From the IMG/VR virus record IMGVR_UViG_3300020171_000017, positions 48,685-112,684 of that record: a stretch of 64,000 nt of DNA. One strand, 5' to 3'. The first letter of the stretch is position 1. The number at the start of each line of letters is the position of its first letter. The position numbers and the translations under genes are program-made. The notes below the pieces were generated by a model. That model saw only the letters and a program-made list of their open reading frames with translations, was not told where the DNA came from and made no database searches. The stretch is from a virus (taxonomy: Duplodnaviria > Heunggongvirae > Uroviricota > Caudoviricetes). Below, piece by piece: positions 9,537-20,367 of the stretch.

Positions 9537-11219
9537 ATGGCGAAATCACTTTCAGCTAAAGCTCAGAATCTTATAGATCGTAAGTCTATTACACGCTCTT
9601 TTGAAATTCAGATCAATGGCGTTAAGAATAACCATGTGATTACTTACTCTCAAGATTTTACCGCTGATTTCGGTATCGCGCAATTAACAGTAGCATTAAA
9701 CAATGACAATGGCATCTACTCTATCGGCGGTACATCAGAAATAAAATTAGGTACTTCAGTAAAATTAATAGAACGATTTTACGCTACAGGCAGTGATGAA
9801 TTTACTAATTTTACAGGTTATGTAAGGCAACGCAATGTATCTCACGCTTTTAAATCAAATACTATAACTTTAACTTGTTTAGATTATATCTGTAAGTTAG
9901 AAGATACAGATATAAACTTGATCGAAGAAGCAGATAAAATACAAGTAACTAATGAAACTTTAACACCAACATATCTGCCTGCACCTAATGATAGCATGGC
10001 GGTAATTTTTAATTTTAATCACGATACTTTAGCTAGTAAACCACCGATAACTATAGTAATTAAAAATACTGATACTTTGATAGAAACACCGCAATCTGAT
10101 GGATTCGAATGTAATTATGAAACAGGGCAGTTAGTATTAGGCAGTGCGTTAAATGCGTTATATAATTACAGTATTATTTGTAAAAGTTATTATTTTTATC
10201 CTATAGGCCTATATGTTGAAGATATACTTGAAGATCTAATTATCACCCAGGACGGTTATGGAAATTTTCTTTTTAATGAAACATCAGCGCAAAATTTAAT
10301 TGACAACCATTTAACCGAAACGCTTTTAAATGTAGAAGGCAGGTCTACCGACACATTAGTGCGTAATATGTTTACTGAAACAAAAGCTATACATACAACA
10401 TTAACTGCTGAATGTGGTGCTGGTGAAACATCAATTAGTGTGGCTGATACAACAGGTTTTCCTACTTCAGGCACGGCAGAGGTCAACGGTGATGTGTTTA
10501 CTTGGTCAGGAAAAACATCGACTACTTTAACAGGCATACCGTCTAGCGGTGCATCTGCGTTAAAGACGCATCCAATAGATGCGAATGTTATTTATGAAAC
10601 TACATATGCGGCGGGTAGGATTTGGTATCTCTCATATTCAAATTTAATTACTGATTTAACAGCAGACGATTTTACGGTAGTGCCTTCAACAAGTGCGACT
10701 ATAGATTATATCAGTAAGAGAGGTGACCAAAGCGGCAGCTACATTATTTTTAGTGCGGCAGTGCCTTCGACTTCGACAGTGACTTGCGATGTTGATTATA
10801 GTTTTTCCACACTTCAGTCTACCGGCATTGAAATTAACAAAGTGACATTCACAGAAGAGAAAACAGAGAATAGATTAGAGGCAATAAAAGATTTACGGGA
10901 ATTTTTGGCGCCTAACTATCTCATACGTACAATCGGTACCGATAAGATCTGGGCTTCGTACGTCAGGCAAAAAACTATAGCCGATTATACGTTAGAATTA
11001 AAAACAAAATTGGATTATGCGGAGGATTCGGATATCTATACTCGAACTAAATTTTTCGGTAAATCGCAAAATCCTAAGAATGTATGTCTTGAAGAAGATG
11101 TCACTATTAATGCCAGTAACCAAGTCTACTCTGTTACGGTAAATAATCAGGAGTTAACATATATAGGTGATGAAGGTAATTTTAGAGTATATTCAATAGG
11201 TCTTTCTGAGGAGACATAA
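9537..11219 (+). CDS. putative distal tail / baseplate protein
   Basis: 560 aa, follows tape measure region, Thr/Ser-rich. Confidence 0.4.
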   Translation: MAKSLSAKAQNLIDRKSITRSFEIQINGVKNNHVITYSQDFTADFGIAQLTVALNNDNGIYSIGGTSEIKLGTSVKLIERFYATGSDEFTNFTGYVRQRNVSHAFKSNTITLTCLDYICKLEDTDINLIEEADKIQVTNETLTPTYLPAPNDSMAVIFNFNHDTLASKPPITIVIKNTDTLIETPQSDGFECNYETGQLVLGSALNALYNYSIICKSYYFYPIGLYVEDILEDLIITQDGYGNFLFNETSAQNLIDNHLTETLLNVEGRSTDTLVRNMFTETKAIHTTLTAECGAGETSISVADTTGFPTSGTAEVNGDVFTWSGKTSTTLTGIPSSGASALKTHPIDANVIYETTYAAGRIWYLSYSNLITDLTADDFTVVPSTSATIDYISKRGDQSGSYIIFSAAVPSTSTVTCDVDYSFSTLQSTGIEINKVTFTEEKTENRLEAIKDLREFLAPNYLIRTIGTDKIWASYVRQKTIADYTLELKTKLDYAEDSDIYTRTKFFGKSQNPKNVCLEEDVTINASNQVYSVTVNNQELTYIGDEGNFRVYSIGLSEET

Positions 11220-11927
11220 ATGGCTAGTACTGTCGCAAAATATCCAAGGACTGTAGAAAGTGCTTTTACATGGGCTAATGATATAGATAATGTTAAAATA
11301 GCTGACAATATTTCTTCTACACGTAATGGTAATGGTTATATAGTTGCGTCTAATTTTGATTTTAATATCCCTAACGGATCAACTATAAAAGGTATAGTAG
11401 TAGAAGTATATGCAAGTTCTGCTGGTTTATATGGTGATAATTCTGGTGGATTAACTAACGTTTCTTTAATGAAAAATGGTTTTTTTACTGGAGGTGTTAA
11501 CAGAGCATCTGATGACCCTAGCCCTTGGTCGCCAGCGACAATGGAAATTAGAACATATGGTAGCCCAATTGAATTATGGGGATTTGAATGGACTGCTGCT
11601 GATATAAATGAATCAATCAGAGATATATGGGCAAAAACTGGTTTTGGAGTAGAAGTACTTTTTAATTCTTCTCCAGGACACTTTTCAATATCCATTGATG
11701 CTATTCGTATCACTGTTTATTATGTTCCGTCACCTGTTATTGATATTACTAATGCTAATCCATATACAGGTAAAACTCTTACAGGTAAAATATTGACTGA
11801 TACAGTTACGCCAAAAGTAAGAATTAATGGTGTATTAATAGATAATAAAGCGCATGAAATGTTATTACAACCAGTTACAGTTTTAGTTACTACAAAAACT
11901 ACTTACGAACAAGCGAAAGGTAAATAA
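11220..11927 (+). CDS. hypothetical tail/baseplate protein
   Basis: TAAATG overlap with upstream gene; 235 aa. Confidence 0.4.
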   Translation: MASTVAKYPRTVESAFTWANDIDNVKIADNISSTRNGNGYIVASNFDFNIPNGSTIKGIVVEVYASSAGLYGDNSGGLTNVSLMKNGFFTGGVNRASDDPSPWSPATMEIRTYGSPIELWGFEWTAADINESIRDIWAKTGFGVEVLFNSSPGHFSISIDAIRITVYYVPSPVIDITNANPYTGKTLTGKILTDTVTPKVRINGVLIDNKAHEMLLQPVTVLVTTKTTYEQAKGK

Positions 11928-11930
11928 TAT

Positions 11931-13256
11931 ATGGGTGGTGGAGGCGGCGGAGAAATAACTGTTACAACATTTTTTTATTATAAAGTATATTTGCCTTCAA
12001 AAGGTATTGTACGTACAGAACCAATTTATTTATATGATGCTGGTGGTCTTTTATTATATACACTAGCACCTAATAATCCTCGAGTAGATTATGAAAATGG
12101 TATGTGGGAAGTACCTGGTCAAGAACAAAGTACTCTTATTGAACGTATATCAACTGCAAGTTATTGGCTTATGTATTCATCAGATAAATTAGAGATAGAT
12201 TATAATAACATTTTATTTAAAATAGATAAAAGTTTAATCTTAAATGTAGCAAATACTACTATTACCGCTGATTTTGAATATGCTACGGCATTAGCTCCAA
12301 TCTATTCTGGCCGTAATATGTTTGACGGCAGATGGGACACCCAATCTCATGTAGTTTTTTATTCAAAACCTCCAGCAGGTTATGCTTTTGCCGAAATAGA
12401 TCTCGGTCAGGCATATACTATACAGGCGATAGACATAATTCATGGTTTTTTTAAACCTGATGAAAAACGATCTTTTGATATTAACAATAAATATTCATTA
12501 GAATATTCTACTAATGGCATTAATTATTATCCTATTTGTAAAGAAGCAACTAACTTTAGTTTAAGTGGTGGTGCCTCGATATCATTTGAACGTGATAAGA
12601 TTGGTGATGATTTCAGTGTTAGATATTTTAAACTTATCGTAAATGATATGGAAAAAATAGATTATAAGAATGGTTGTTGGGTTGTGGCATTTACAGAATT
12701 CGCGGCTTTTAAAGAGGTGATTTTGAAGGGTGAGGCTACACTTATTTCTACTACACATCTTAGTTCTGCCTATACATCAGGCACAACTTTGAATGTAGAT
12801 TCTACTGTAGGATTTTCAGCTTCAGGCACAGCCTATTTAGAAGATGAAACGGCGTTTACTTACACATCGACAACAAGTACAGCGTTTCTAGGTTGTTCAG
12901 GCCTAGTAGCTGCGGCGATCGATTCTAGAGTAAGTTCTTCATTAGAAACTTCTACAACGGTGTATGATGAATTTTCGTTATTACCGAATATAGGGGATAA
13001 GGTTTTCAAAGAATCTGCTCTTAATGATTTTTTAGATACGACAACCCGTGTGGAAAAAAGGGCAAAAGATTTTTTAGTAGAGTTCAACAAGGACCATTCG
13101 AAGGCAACTATAAGTTCAACTTACGCGCCTCATGTTAGAGTAGGGCAAACGATTAAAATTGTAGATTCTACAAATCACATTTCAAGAAATTACTTTGTCG
13201 AATCAATCCGTGGATCGGATAATGGAATAGATATTGTGTTGGCGTATTATCCCTAA
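11931..13256 (+). CDS. hypothetical tail/baseplate protein (poly-Gly N-terminus)
   Basis: 441 aa, starts MGGGGGGE. Confidence 0.4.
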   Translation: MGGGGGGEITVTTFFYYKVYLPSKGIVRTEPIYLYDAGGLLLYTLAPNNPRVDYENGMWEVPGQEQSTLIERISTASYWLMYSSDKLEIDYNNILFKIDKSLILNVANTTITADFEYATALAPIYSGRNMFDGRWDTQSHVVFYSKPPAGYAFAEIDLGQAYTIQAIDIIHGFFKPDEKRSFDINNKYSLEYSTNGINYYPICKEATNFSLSGGASISFERDKIGDDFSVRYFKLIVNDMEKIDYKNGCWVVAFTEFAAFKEVILKGEATLISTTHLSSAYTSGTTLNVDSTVGFSASGTAYLEDETAFTYTSTTSTAFLGCSGLVAAAIDSRVSSSLETSTTVYDEFSLLPNIGDKVFKESALNDFLDTTTRVEKRAKDFLVEFNKDHSKATISSTYAPHVRVGQTIKIVDSTNHISRNYFVESIRGSDNGIDIVLAYYP

Positions 13257-13272
13257 AAAAAGGTAAATAACT

Positions 13273-13728
13273 ATGGACATTTCATTATTAAATAAAATTC
13301 AAAGTTACATTAAATCAGGCATTGACATCAGCGACCTGATAAAAAACCAAGATATCCGTAATTTAGACCTGTCCTACGCTCTTATTTCTGATTTCAATGT
13401 CTCGAAACAAGATATTTCAGGCTGTAGATTAATTTGTGCGAAGATACAGAAGGCACAGATGATCAAGACTACAGCGCGTAATGTCCAATTTAATTACGCT
13501 GATATGACAGATGCGGATATATCGTATATTGACGCTAGAGATTCTAATTTTTTGAACACTAACTGTACTCGCACAATCTATAAATACGCCGATCTACGTG
13601 GCTGTAACTTTTGTAAAGCTACCATAACGTTAGGTCCAGAGTACGGGTATAAAGCTAAGGTAAACAATACCTTAATGAATTTATTGGATAAGATTTGGGA
13701 AATAACGCCTGATGCCGATAAAAAATAA
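13273..13728 (+). CDS. pentapeptide-repeat protein
   Basis: repeated A(D/N)(L/M)xx-type pentads (DISGCRL..NVQFNYADMTDADISYIDARDSNFLNTNCTRTIYKYADLRGCNF). Confidence 0.5.
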   Translation: MDISLLNKIQSYIKSGIDISDLIKNQDIRNLDLSYALISDFNVSKQDISGCRLICAKIQKAQMIKTTARNVQFNYADMTDADISYIDARDSNFLNTNCTRTIYKYADLRGCNFCKATITLGPEYGYKAKVNNTLMNLLDKIWEITPDADKK

Positions 13729-14248
13729 ATCAAAACCAACTATTATCGCAATCTTTTCTTTAATCGCAGGCATTTTAGGCGGTTTAAGCGGTGCAGATAA
13801 TTCATCTAAATTCTTTAGACGAATCGCATTACCGTTATCGCTGTACATCATTGGTCTTATATACCAAAACTATTATTCGGTATTTATATTAGCTTGGTGT
13901 GGCATACTTTATATTGGTTATGGTGTGCCTGATGAAACCGACAAAGGTTCAGTTTTAGGCAGGTTCTTCTATAAAATTTGTAAGAGAAATCAATGGTGGA
14001 CTAATTTTATGGTTAAACTTTGTTTAGGCATACTTTTTAGTTTAGTATTAATACCAATAGCGATATTTAATAAATCTATAAACTTACTTTGGATTACTGC
14101 TCCTTTAGCGGTACTTTCACAAGTACTTTTTGGCTCTTTAATTAAAGGGCTTGGCGAAATAACTTTATTTAAACGTAAAATACTTATTATCGAAATTGCT
14201 AGATATGCAACTTTATTTTTAGCTGGTGCGATACAACTAACCACATGA
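13712..14248 (+). CDS. integral membrane protein (4 predicted TM helices)
   Basis: hydrophobic 178-aa ORF overlapping upstream stop. Confidence 0.45.
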   Translation: MPIKNKSKPTIIAIFSLIAGILGGLSGADNSSKFFRRIALPLSLYIIGLIYQNYYSVFILAWCGILYIGYGVPDETDKGSVLGRFFYKICKRNQWWTNFMVKLCLGILFSLVLIPIAIFNKSINLLWITAPLAVLSQVLFGSLIKGLGEITLFKRKILIIEIARYATLFLAGAIQLTT

Positions 14249-16158
14249 AAACATACGAAAATTTATTTCCTCAGATAATTCGTGAGATCGAAAAACGTTC
14301 TGGAAAAGTTGGAGCTACTACTGGTTCGCGTTTCTCTGTACAGCCTGGCGGCGAAGGCGGGTCTCTAGATTCGCGCGCATTAGCCGAAATTATAACAGGT
14401 ATCGCTTCTGATTTTGCTATTCTAATCAAACCACGTATTATTTCAGGTTTCGATGTTACTGCTACAACACCGCCTTCGGCTACTGTTAATGTCTCTTTAG
14501 GTACAGGCACATCTAACGGCAAGAAATGGGAAATCGCCGCTGATAGTACTTTAAATATACCTTTAGATTCGACAACTTATGTTTTTTATATCACGGTGTA
14601 TAACAATGCTTTTGAAATCAGCAGGTCACATGATGATACTAAATGCGAGATATGCAGGATTATAGTGCCGCAGCCAGGCACAACATCTGCAATTGAAGAT
14701 GATAAACCTAGTGATAGTTATAACGGCTATATAGTCTCGGCGAAAGACGCGGTATACGACGAAGATCAGGAATTTGACGACGCTTCAGTAGAAAAATTGA
14801 GAGACGTAATTGGTGCGGTGTTAGCCGATAATTTAATAGGTAATATCAAACTATCAGAAAATTTAAAGATAACTAACACGCAAGGTACATTAGAATTAGA
14901 TAGTAAAGAAATTAGAATTTTAAGTGCAAATGAAACTACTCTTGCAAAGTTTAACCGCAACGGCACTTTCTTCTATGATGATAATGGCGTAGAAATAGCC
15001 AAGTTTTCTACTACAGGTGCTAGAATCGGGAATATAGAAGTTTTAACAAATGCTCTAAAATCTAGCGATTATGTCGCAGGTACTACAGGTTTTAAAATAT
15101 CCGATAGTGGTATAGTAGATTTCTTATCGGGCACTATCGGTGGTATTACAATTGTGAATAACTCATTGCGTTCTAGTAACTTTGTATCTGGTACATTATT
15201 AGGAGCGGGTTTTGAAATAGCTAGCGATGGTAGTGCGGAATTTCAAAATATTAAAGCTAGAGGAAGAATTGCTACCTCAGTTTTCGAGAAAGACACCATA
15301 TCCAGCGTTGGCGGTAATTTATTAGTTATGGACTCAGATTCGTTAAGCATTGATATGACCTCTAGAGAAGATTCTATTTTAAATATCGTTGGTGATACTA
15401 CTTTTCCTACTGGATCTATTTTACGAATAAAAGACGGTATTGATGATGAATGGCTAGAAGTAACTGCAGTCAACGGTACTGCTTATACCGTTACTAGAGA
15501 TAAAGCATCCCTCTATACACTAAATAATAATCCAGTATGGACAAAAGGCACATGTGTAGTCAATTATGGTACGTCTGGGAAGGGTGGGATATTTATGACA
15601 TCTTCAGAAAGTAATTCACCGTATATGCATTTTTTTACCCACTTAGGTTCTCCTTGGTCTACTACTACGGCAAAAACACGAATAGGAAATTTAGATGGTG
15701 TGGCAGGCTGTTCTGGGTATGGTATTTGGGCAGGTAGTGGCTATTTAGGTGAGTTGTCAGTTATAGATTTGATTACCATATCGGCAGAAGGTAGTATTAG
15801 AAGTAACGCCCTGGGTAGTTATCCATATGTAGAATTTTCTCAATCGGGATTACAGTTAAGGAATAGTGATGTGGGGGGAACTTATTCTACAGGATTATAT
15901 AGCACGGACAAGTATGGGAGTGGGGCTTTAGTTTGGATAATGAATGCTACATACGGTATTCCTTGGATGGAAATGAAAGAACCAAGTAGTGGGGGCTATA
16001 CAGTTCCTAGTATGCGATTTTTCAATAGAGACGTTGACCCAACAAGTGCAGCAGAAGTTGGTGATTTAGCAGTAGTGGGTGGTAAATTAAAAATATGTAC
16101 AGTTGCAGGTGATCCTGGTGCAGCAACCTGGACAGTGGTGGGTGCACAAACAGTATAA
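14245..16158 (+). CDS. putative tail fibre protein
   Basis: 637 aa, Gly/Ser/Thr-rich with repeated beta-rich segments; ATGA overlap. Confidence 0.5.
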   Translation: MKTYENLFPQIIREIEKRSGKVGATTGSRFSVQPGGEGGSLDSRALAEIITGIASDFAILIKPRIISGFDVTATTPPSATVNVSLGTGTSNGKKWEIAADSTLNIPLDSTTYVFYITVYNNAFEISRSHDDTKCEICRIIVPQPGTTSAIEDDKPSDSYNGYIVSAKDAVYDEDQEFDDASVEKLRDVIGAVLADNLIGNIKLSENLKITNTQGTLELDSKEIRILSANETTLAKFNRNGTFFYDDNGVEIAKFSTTGARIGNIEVLTNALKSSDYVAGTTGFKISDSGIVDFLSGTIGGITIVNNSLRSSNFVSGTLLGAGFEIASDGSAEFQNIKARGRIATSVFEKDTISSVGGNLLVMDSDSLSIDMTSREDSILNIVGDTTFPTGSILRIKDGIDDEWLEVTAVNGTAYTVTRDKASLYTLNNNPVWTKGTCVVNYGTSGKGGIFMTSSESNSPYMHFFTHLGSPWSTTTAKTRIGNLDGVAGCSGYGIWAGSGYLGELSVIDLITISAEGSIRSNALGSYPYVEFSQSGLQLRNSDVGGTYSTGLYSTDKYGSGALVWIMNATYGIPWMEMKEPSSGGYTVPSMRFFNRDVDPTSAAEVGDLAVVGGKLKICTVAGDPGAATWTVVGAQTV

Positions 16159-16167
16159 GGAGTAATT

Positions 16168-16467
16168 ATGGAAAAAACAATAATAGGAGATACACGAACA
16201 TTTGAAAATTTATCTGGTGTTTGGATTATTACGGAAATACATAAGAATCAAAATATGCATCTTATTTTGACGTTGAATCTACTAAAATGTCATAAATGCG
16301 GAGAATCAGTATTTGAACCTAGAGGTTATATATTTAATTATTTAGAAAAAATAGAATATCATGGCGTAACTAAATATTTGGGAATAAGCAAAAAAGATGA
16401 ACGGTGTGTTATATTAACAGATCATCTATCTATTGATGAAATAGAAAGTAAAATAAAAAAGGAGTAA
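16168..16467 (+). CDS. hypothetical protein (99 aa)
   Basis: RBS AAGGAGTAATTATG. Confidence 0.35.
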   Translation: MEKTIIGDTRTFENLSGVWIITEIHKNQNMHLILTLNLLKCHKCGESVFEPRGYIFNYLEKIEYHGVTKYLGISKKDERCVILTDHLSIDEIESKIKKE

Positions 16468-16470
16468 AAT

Positions 16471-16917
16471 ATGGCTACCAATTATCCTACATCACTTGAT
16501 AGTTACACAACAAAAAATAGTGGGGATACTATATCAGAATCACATGTAAATAATGTACAAGATGCAATAGAAGCTCTAGAAACAAAAGTCGGTGTTGATA
16601 GTTCTGCTGTTAATACTACTATTGATTATTTTTTAAAACATGCATCTGGTGCATATAGAATTCATCAACATGATAGCTCAAGCGATGATGGTGCTACATT
16701 AGATTGGGATGTTTGTTGGGCGGATGCGGTGCATGCACATAGTAGTGCTGGTGAAGGAGGAACATTAGATTGGGATACTTGTTGGATAGATGCGGTACAT
16801 ACTCATGATTCTGACGCTGAAGGTGGGGCACTTACCACACTTGCAATAACAGAAAAAGTAGTTATACCACTAGATCAACCATTAAGTTTGGAAAATGGTT
16901 GTATTTGGTTAGCATAG
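16471..16917 (+). CDS. tail-fibre-associated protein with internal duplicated motif
   Basis: TLDWDVCWADAVHAHSS / TLDWDTCWIDAVHTHDS tandem duplication; RBS AAAAGGAGTAAAATATG. Confidence 0.4.
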   Translation: MATNYPTSLDSYTTKNSGDTISESHVNNVQDAIEALETKVGVDSSAVNTTIDYFLKHASGAYRIHQHDSSSDDGATLDWDVCWADAVHAHSSAGEGGTLDWDTCWIDAVHTHDSDAEGGALTTLAITEKVVIPLDQPLSLENGCIWLA

Positions 16918-16926
16918 GGAATAAAT

Positions 16927-17751
16927 ATGCCTAATTTAACTTTTGATTATACAGATGAGGTTAATTTTGTTCAATTAGCTTCTACAGATACTTGGGCTAA
17001 TCGGAGAACTGATACTGATGCTGATTATGTTCGTAGAGTTCCCACATATGATTTTGAAATTGGTTGGGGGTGTTCTACTACTACAAATTTATGGTATTAT
17101 ATTTTAAGAGGCGGTGTGACATTTGATACGTCTACTATACCAGATTATACTACTATTACTTTAGCAAGATTGGATTATCGAACTTCCTCTTCTGCAGGAA
17201 CAAATTCTCTTCCTTGGGGATCAGAAGCAGATGTCCATATTACTGCATTTACTCCAGATAATTATACTTCTATTGCTGTCGCTGATTTTAATAACTTTGG
17301 TGATGCTTCTTTTGGTTCAGTAGCGGTTGCGACTGCTGATAATGCTAATCAAACAATAAGTATAGGCCTTAATGCTTCTGGAATAGCAAGTATTTCTAAA
17401 ACAGGTTATACTGGATTTATGCTTAGAGCAGGAGCAGATGTAACAGGAAGTCAACCAACATGGCAATCAGGTGGTAATCTTATTTTAAACTGTGTGCCCG
17501 ACAATGCGACACAGAAACTTCAATTATATATTGAATTTACGTATCCCGATGCTGCTGGTTTTAGATATAGAAGTGGTGGAGCAACATATAGTGTGTGTAC
17601 TACTTCAACTGATCCTGGTGGAAACAGGCTATTATTAAGAAAGGGTGGTGCAACATATTATATGCCCTTAGTGGCAGTAGGTCATGCAGATCAGAGTATT
17701 TTTGCTGTAAGATCAGGTGGAACTACCTATAGAGGAGTATTAATAACATGA
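16927..17751 (+). CDS. hypothetical tail protein
   Basis: 274 aa, RBS TAGGGAATAAATATG. Confidence 0.4.
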   Translation: MPNLTFDYTDEVNFVQLASTDTWANRRTDTDADYVRRVPTYDFEIGWGCSTTTNLWYYILRGGVTFDTSTIPDYTTITLARLDYRTSSSAGTNSLPWGSEADVHITAFTPDNYTSIAVADFNNFGDASFGSVAVATADNANQTISIGLNASGIASISKTGYTGFMLRAGADVTGSQPTWQSGGNLILNCVPDNATQKLQLYIEFTYPDAAGFRYRSGGATYSVCTTSTDPGGNRLLLRKGGATYYMPLVAVGHADQSIFAVRSGGTTYRGVLIT

Positions 17752-18145
17752 TAAAAAAGATTATGGATTTTATGTGGAAATATATTAAAATAATGGCTAT
17801 TAAATTAGTAATATTATTTAAACTCGATAAAAAGAAGGAAACTAAATATGGAGATAAATATGGAGAAGGAAAATATTAAGGAAGATGAAAAATTTAATAA
17901 CTCTTTGGTTTGTCCTTGATGTGATGTCTAGTAATGCCCCTGTTTATTAGGACAAAAATGCATTAGTGAAATGTGTAAAATGTTTATAGAATTTAAAACA
18001 ACTGATTTATCCACAAAAAAATATTTTTTATTTTATTAATATGTATATGTATAAACACCATTATTATTGATAGAGGTAATACAAGGATTAGTTAAGATAA
18101 AATAATAACTAAATAGTTTAAATAATATAAAAGGAAAGACAAAAA

Positions 18146-18286
18146 ATGCAAATCGAGAATCTAGAACAAGAATTACAAGCACGTGAAAAAATGTATCAAC
18201 AAACTTTAATCATATTGCATCAACTTGAAGGGCAACTCACATTACTACGTGATTTGATTAAAAAAGAAAAAGCACCTACAGAATAG
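18146..18286 (+). CDS. small coiled-coil protein (46 aa, below ORF-track cutoff)
   Basis: RBS AAAGGAAAGACAAAAAATG; MQIENLEQELQAREKMYQQ... Confidence 0.3.
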   Translation: MQIENLEQELQAREKMYQQTLIILHQLEGQLTLLRDLIKKEKAPTE

Positions 18287-18295
18287 AGGTAACCC

Positions 18296-19441
18296 ATGTC
18301 AATCTACAAAATTAATGCATCACTTCCCGTCTCTGAGAAAATATCTACACTTTCAGATCAGATTATTGAGTTATCAGGCTTAATTGATCAAGCTAAATTC
18401 AATCTTACAGAAATAGCCCATCTTTACTCTGGTTCTGGTTTATCTCGTAAATTCAAACGCAATGTTTCATTAGGACACGATATTAGCGGAGATGAAGCCT
18501 ATGCCAGTTGGGACCACTTACATGCTGAGTCAGGATATTCAATTTGGCAATACTCCCCACCAAATTATACTTACAACGCAGACAATCAACTTTATTTCGA
18601 TAATAAGGTTTTAACTAATAAAGGTGAGGCTTCCGCCGAAACTGCCGAAACGTTTGATATTGCCTACCTATACGATGGCGCTGCATATATAACTAATACA
18701 ACAGAAGCCAGTACTGAAGGCGGCACAGCATTTAACTTAATGGACGCGACAGGAGAGTATCTTTATGTAGGTGATGCTGCTACTTTTAAAGGAATAAAAT
18801 TCGAATTCGGTACTCGTGGTTCGAATTATGATCTGATACCTGAAATATTTACATCAGGTGCGAGTGCTTATACTTGGTCAGGTTTAACACCTACAGTTGA
18901 CGGTGTTGTTGATAATACGTCTAATTTTGAAAGTGATGGCGCGATTACTTGGAACTTAGATTCAGCCACAGGTGCAGGTTGGGTACAAAACGTAGTTAAT
19001 TCTAACACTAAATATTGGATGCGTATTAAAACTATCACCACGCCAGTTACTACTGCTACGGCTAATTATATAATACCTGCAACTAGTGTAATCGGTCTAT
19101 TAGCTCTTTCAAGTGGAGAGATATTAAACGAGTCTTGGACATGGTGCACATATCTTACCAATATTTATGTTACGATACGCAATACAGGCAATTCTACGTA
19201 TGAAGGTGATTATTATCTTACTTCTTCATCTTCTGATACGAATAAGCAAAACTATTTCGTATATAATCACGAATTTAGTGCCGATTATGAAGATAGTGCG
19301 TTTGATCCTGATATTACAGCGTATTATTATGGAGACCCCGCAACTAATGATTCTTGGAAATCAGTGCGTTCAGGATCTTCGTTAACTTTTCAACGCAGAG
19401 AAAGTGGTGTCTATACAATAAAATCTATTATTGCGCCTTAA
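18296..19441 (+). CDS. putative tail fibre / receptor-binding-like protein
   Basis: 381 aa; RBS AGAGGTAACCCATG. Confidence 0.4.
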   Translation: MSIYKINASLPVSEKISTLSDQIIELSGLIDQAKFNLTEIAHLYSGSGLSRKFKRNVSLGHDISGDEAYASWDHLHAESGYSIWQYSPPNYTYNADNQLYFDNKVLTNKGEASAETAETFDIAYLYDGAAYITNTTEASTEGGTAFNLMDATGEYLYVGDAATFKGIKFEFGTRGSNYDLIPEIFTSGASAYTWSGLTPTVDGVVDNTSNFESDGAITWNLDSATGAGWVQNVVNSNTKYWMRIKTITTPVTTATANYIIPATSVIGLLALSSGEILNESWTWCTYLTNIYVTIRNTGNSTYEGDYYLTSSSSDTNKQNYFVYNHEFSADYEDSAFDPDITAYYYGDPATNDSWKSVRSGSSLTFQRRESGVYTIKSIIAP

Positions 19442-19688
19442 TTATCGCACCTTAAAAATAAAGGATTTTATTATGCAAATCAGCCTAGACCAAAAACATG
19501 TTTTTTGTCATATCTGTCAAGAATGGAAAAATATCTGTGTGGATACTTATATATTTTCTCATGAGAATCAGGATAATTTCGAGCATGACCAAATACGTTG
19601 TTTGAAGTGCGATGACGATAATAGATTAGGCGCTTTGTTAGGCTATCGCAAAGATGTAATTTGGATGTGTCACCATGAATCAGACTGA
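19431..19688 (+). CDS. hypothetical Cys/His-rich protein
   Basis: 85 aa; CHICQEW...CLKCDD motifs. Confidence 0.35.
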   Translation: MRLNYRTLKIKDFIMQISLDQKHVFCHICQEWKNICVDTYIFSHENQDNFEHDQIRCLKCDDDNRLGALLGYRKDVIWMCHHESD

Positions 19689-19950
19689 AAAAGTTTTATG
19701 CGTTGAAATTCATAAAGCAAAACATATCTGCCAATTATTAATTGAAATTGAGCAGATAGTCGCGCATATTCAAACTACGCATATGCTGAAAGAAAGAATA
19801 CAAAATAATATTACCGAAATAAAAAAAATTTTAGATAAAGGCAGGCTTTTAGAAGTTAAAAATGAAGATATATTGATATTGAAGGAAGGAGGTCAAAACG
19901 AAGTGACTTTTATTAACCCTATTAAAATTAAGGAGGACTATAATGTTTGA
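19675..19950 (+). CDS. hypothetical protein
   Basis: 91 aa, overlapping starts in compact cassette. Confidence 0.35.
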   Translation: MNQTEKVLCVEIHKAKHICQLLIEIEQIVAHIQTTHMLKERIQNNITEIKKILDKGRLLEVKNEDILILKEGGQNEVTFINPIKIKEDYNV

Positions 19951-20194
19951 TGCAATTGCAGTAGTAATAATACCGTTTATAGTTGCAGGTTTAAAAAAGT
20001 TAAAATTACCTTCTAAATTCGCACCGATCGCAGCATTTGTTATTGCGATTATCATCGTTGCAGGTGGTAAGTTTCTAGGGTATGAACTTGATACACAAAC
20101 AATTCAACAGGCGTTACTTAAGGCGTTAGGTATTGCAGGCGTTTCGGTATTAGGTTATGACCAGTTAAAGAAGTTAACTGAACCAAAAGTGTAA
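19943..20194 (+). CDS. holin-like membrane protein
   Basis: 83 aa, two hydrophobic helices, charged C-terminus; RBS AAGGAGGACTATAATG. Confidence 0.45.
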   Translation: MFDAIAVVIIPFIVAGLKKLKLPSKFAPIAAFVIAIIIVAGGKFLGYELDTQTIQQALLKALGIAGVSVLGYDQLKKLTEPKV

Positions 20195-20367
20195 TGACTA
20201 CAATAATCAGTGGTATTTTACAGCTAATCTTGTTGATTTTTTCAACTTGGTTAGAAAGCAATAAAGAAAAGAAAGCTAAAAAGAAAGAAATTGTTGATGC
20301 GTTAGCCGAGGGGATTAAGAATAACGACCCAAGCGCTATTACTGTAGCATTAACAAAACTAAAATGA
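20195..20367 (+). CDS. i-spanin-like single-pass membrane protein (57 aa, below ORF-track cutoff)
   Basis: MTTIISGILQLILLIFSTW N-terminal TM helix; stop overlaps downstream lipoprotein start (Rz/Rz1-like arrangement). Confidence 0.35.
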
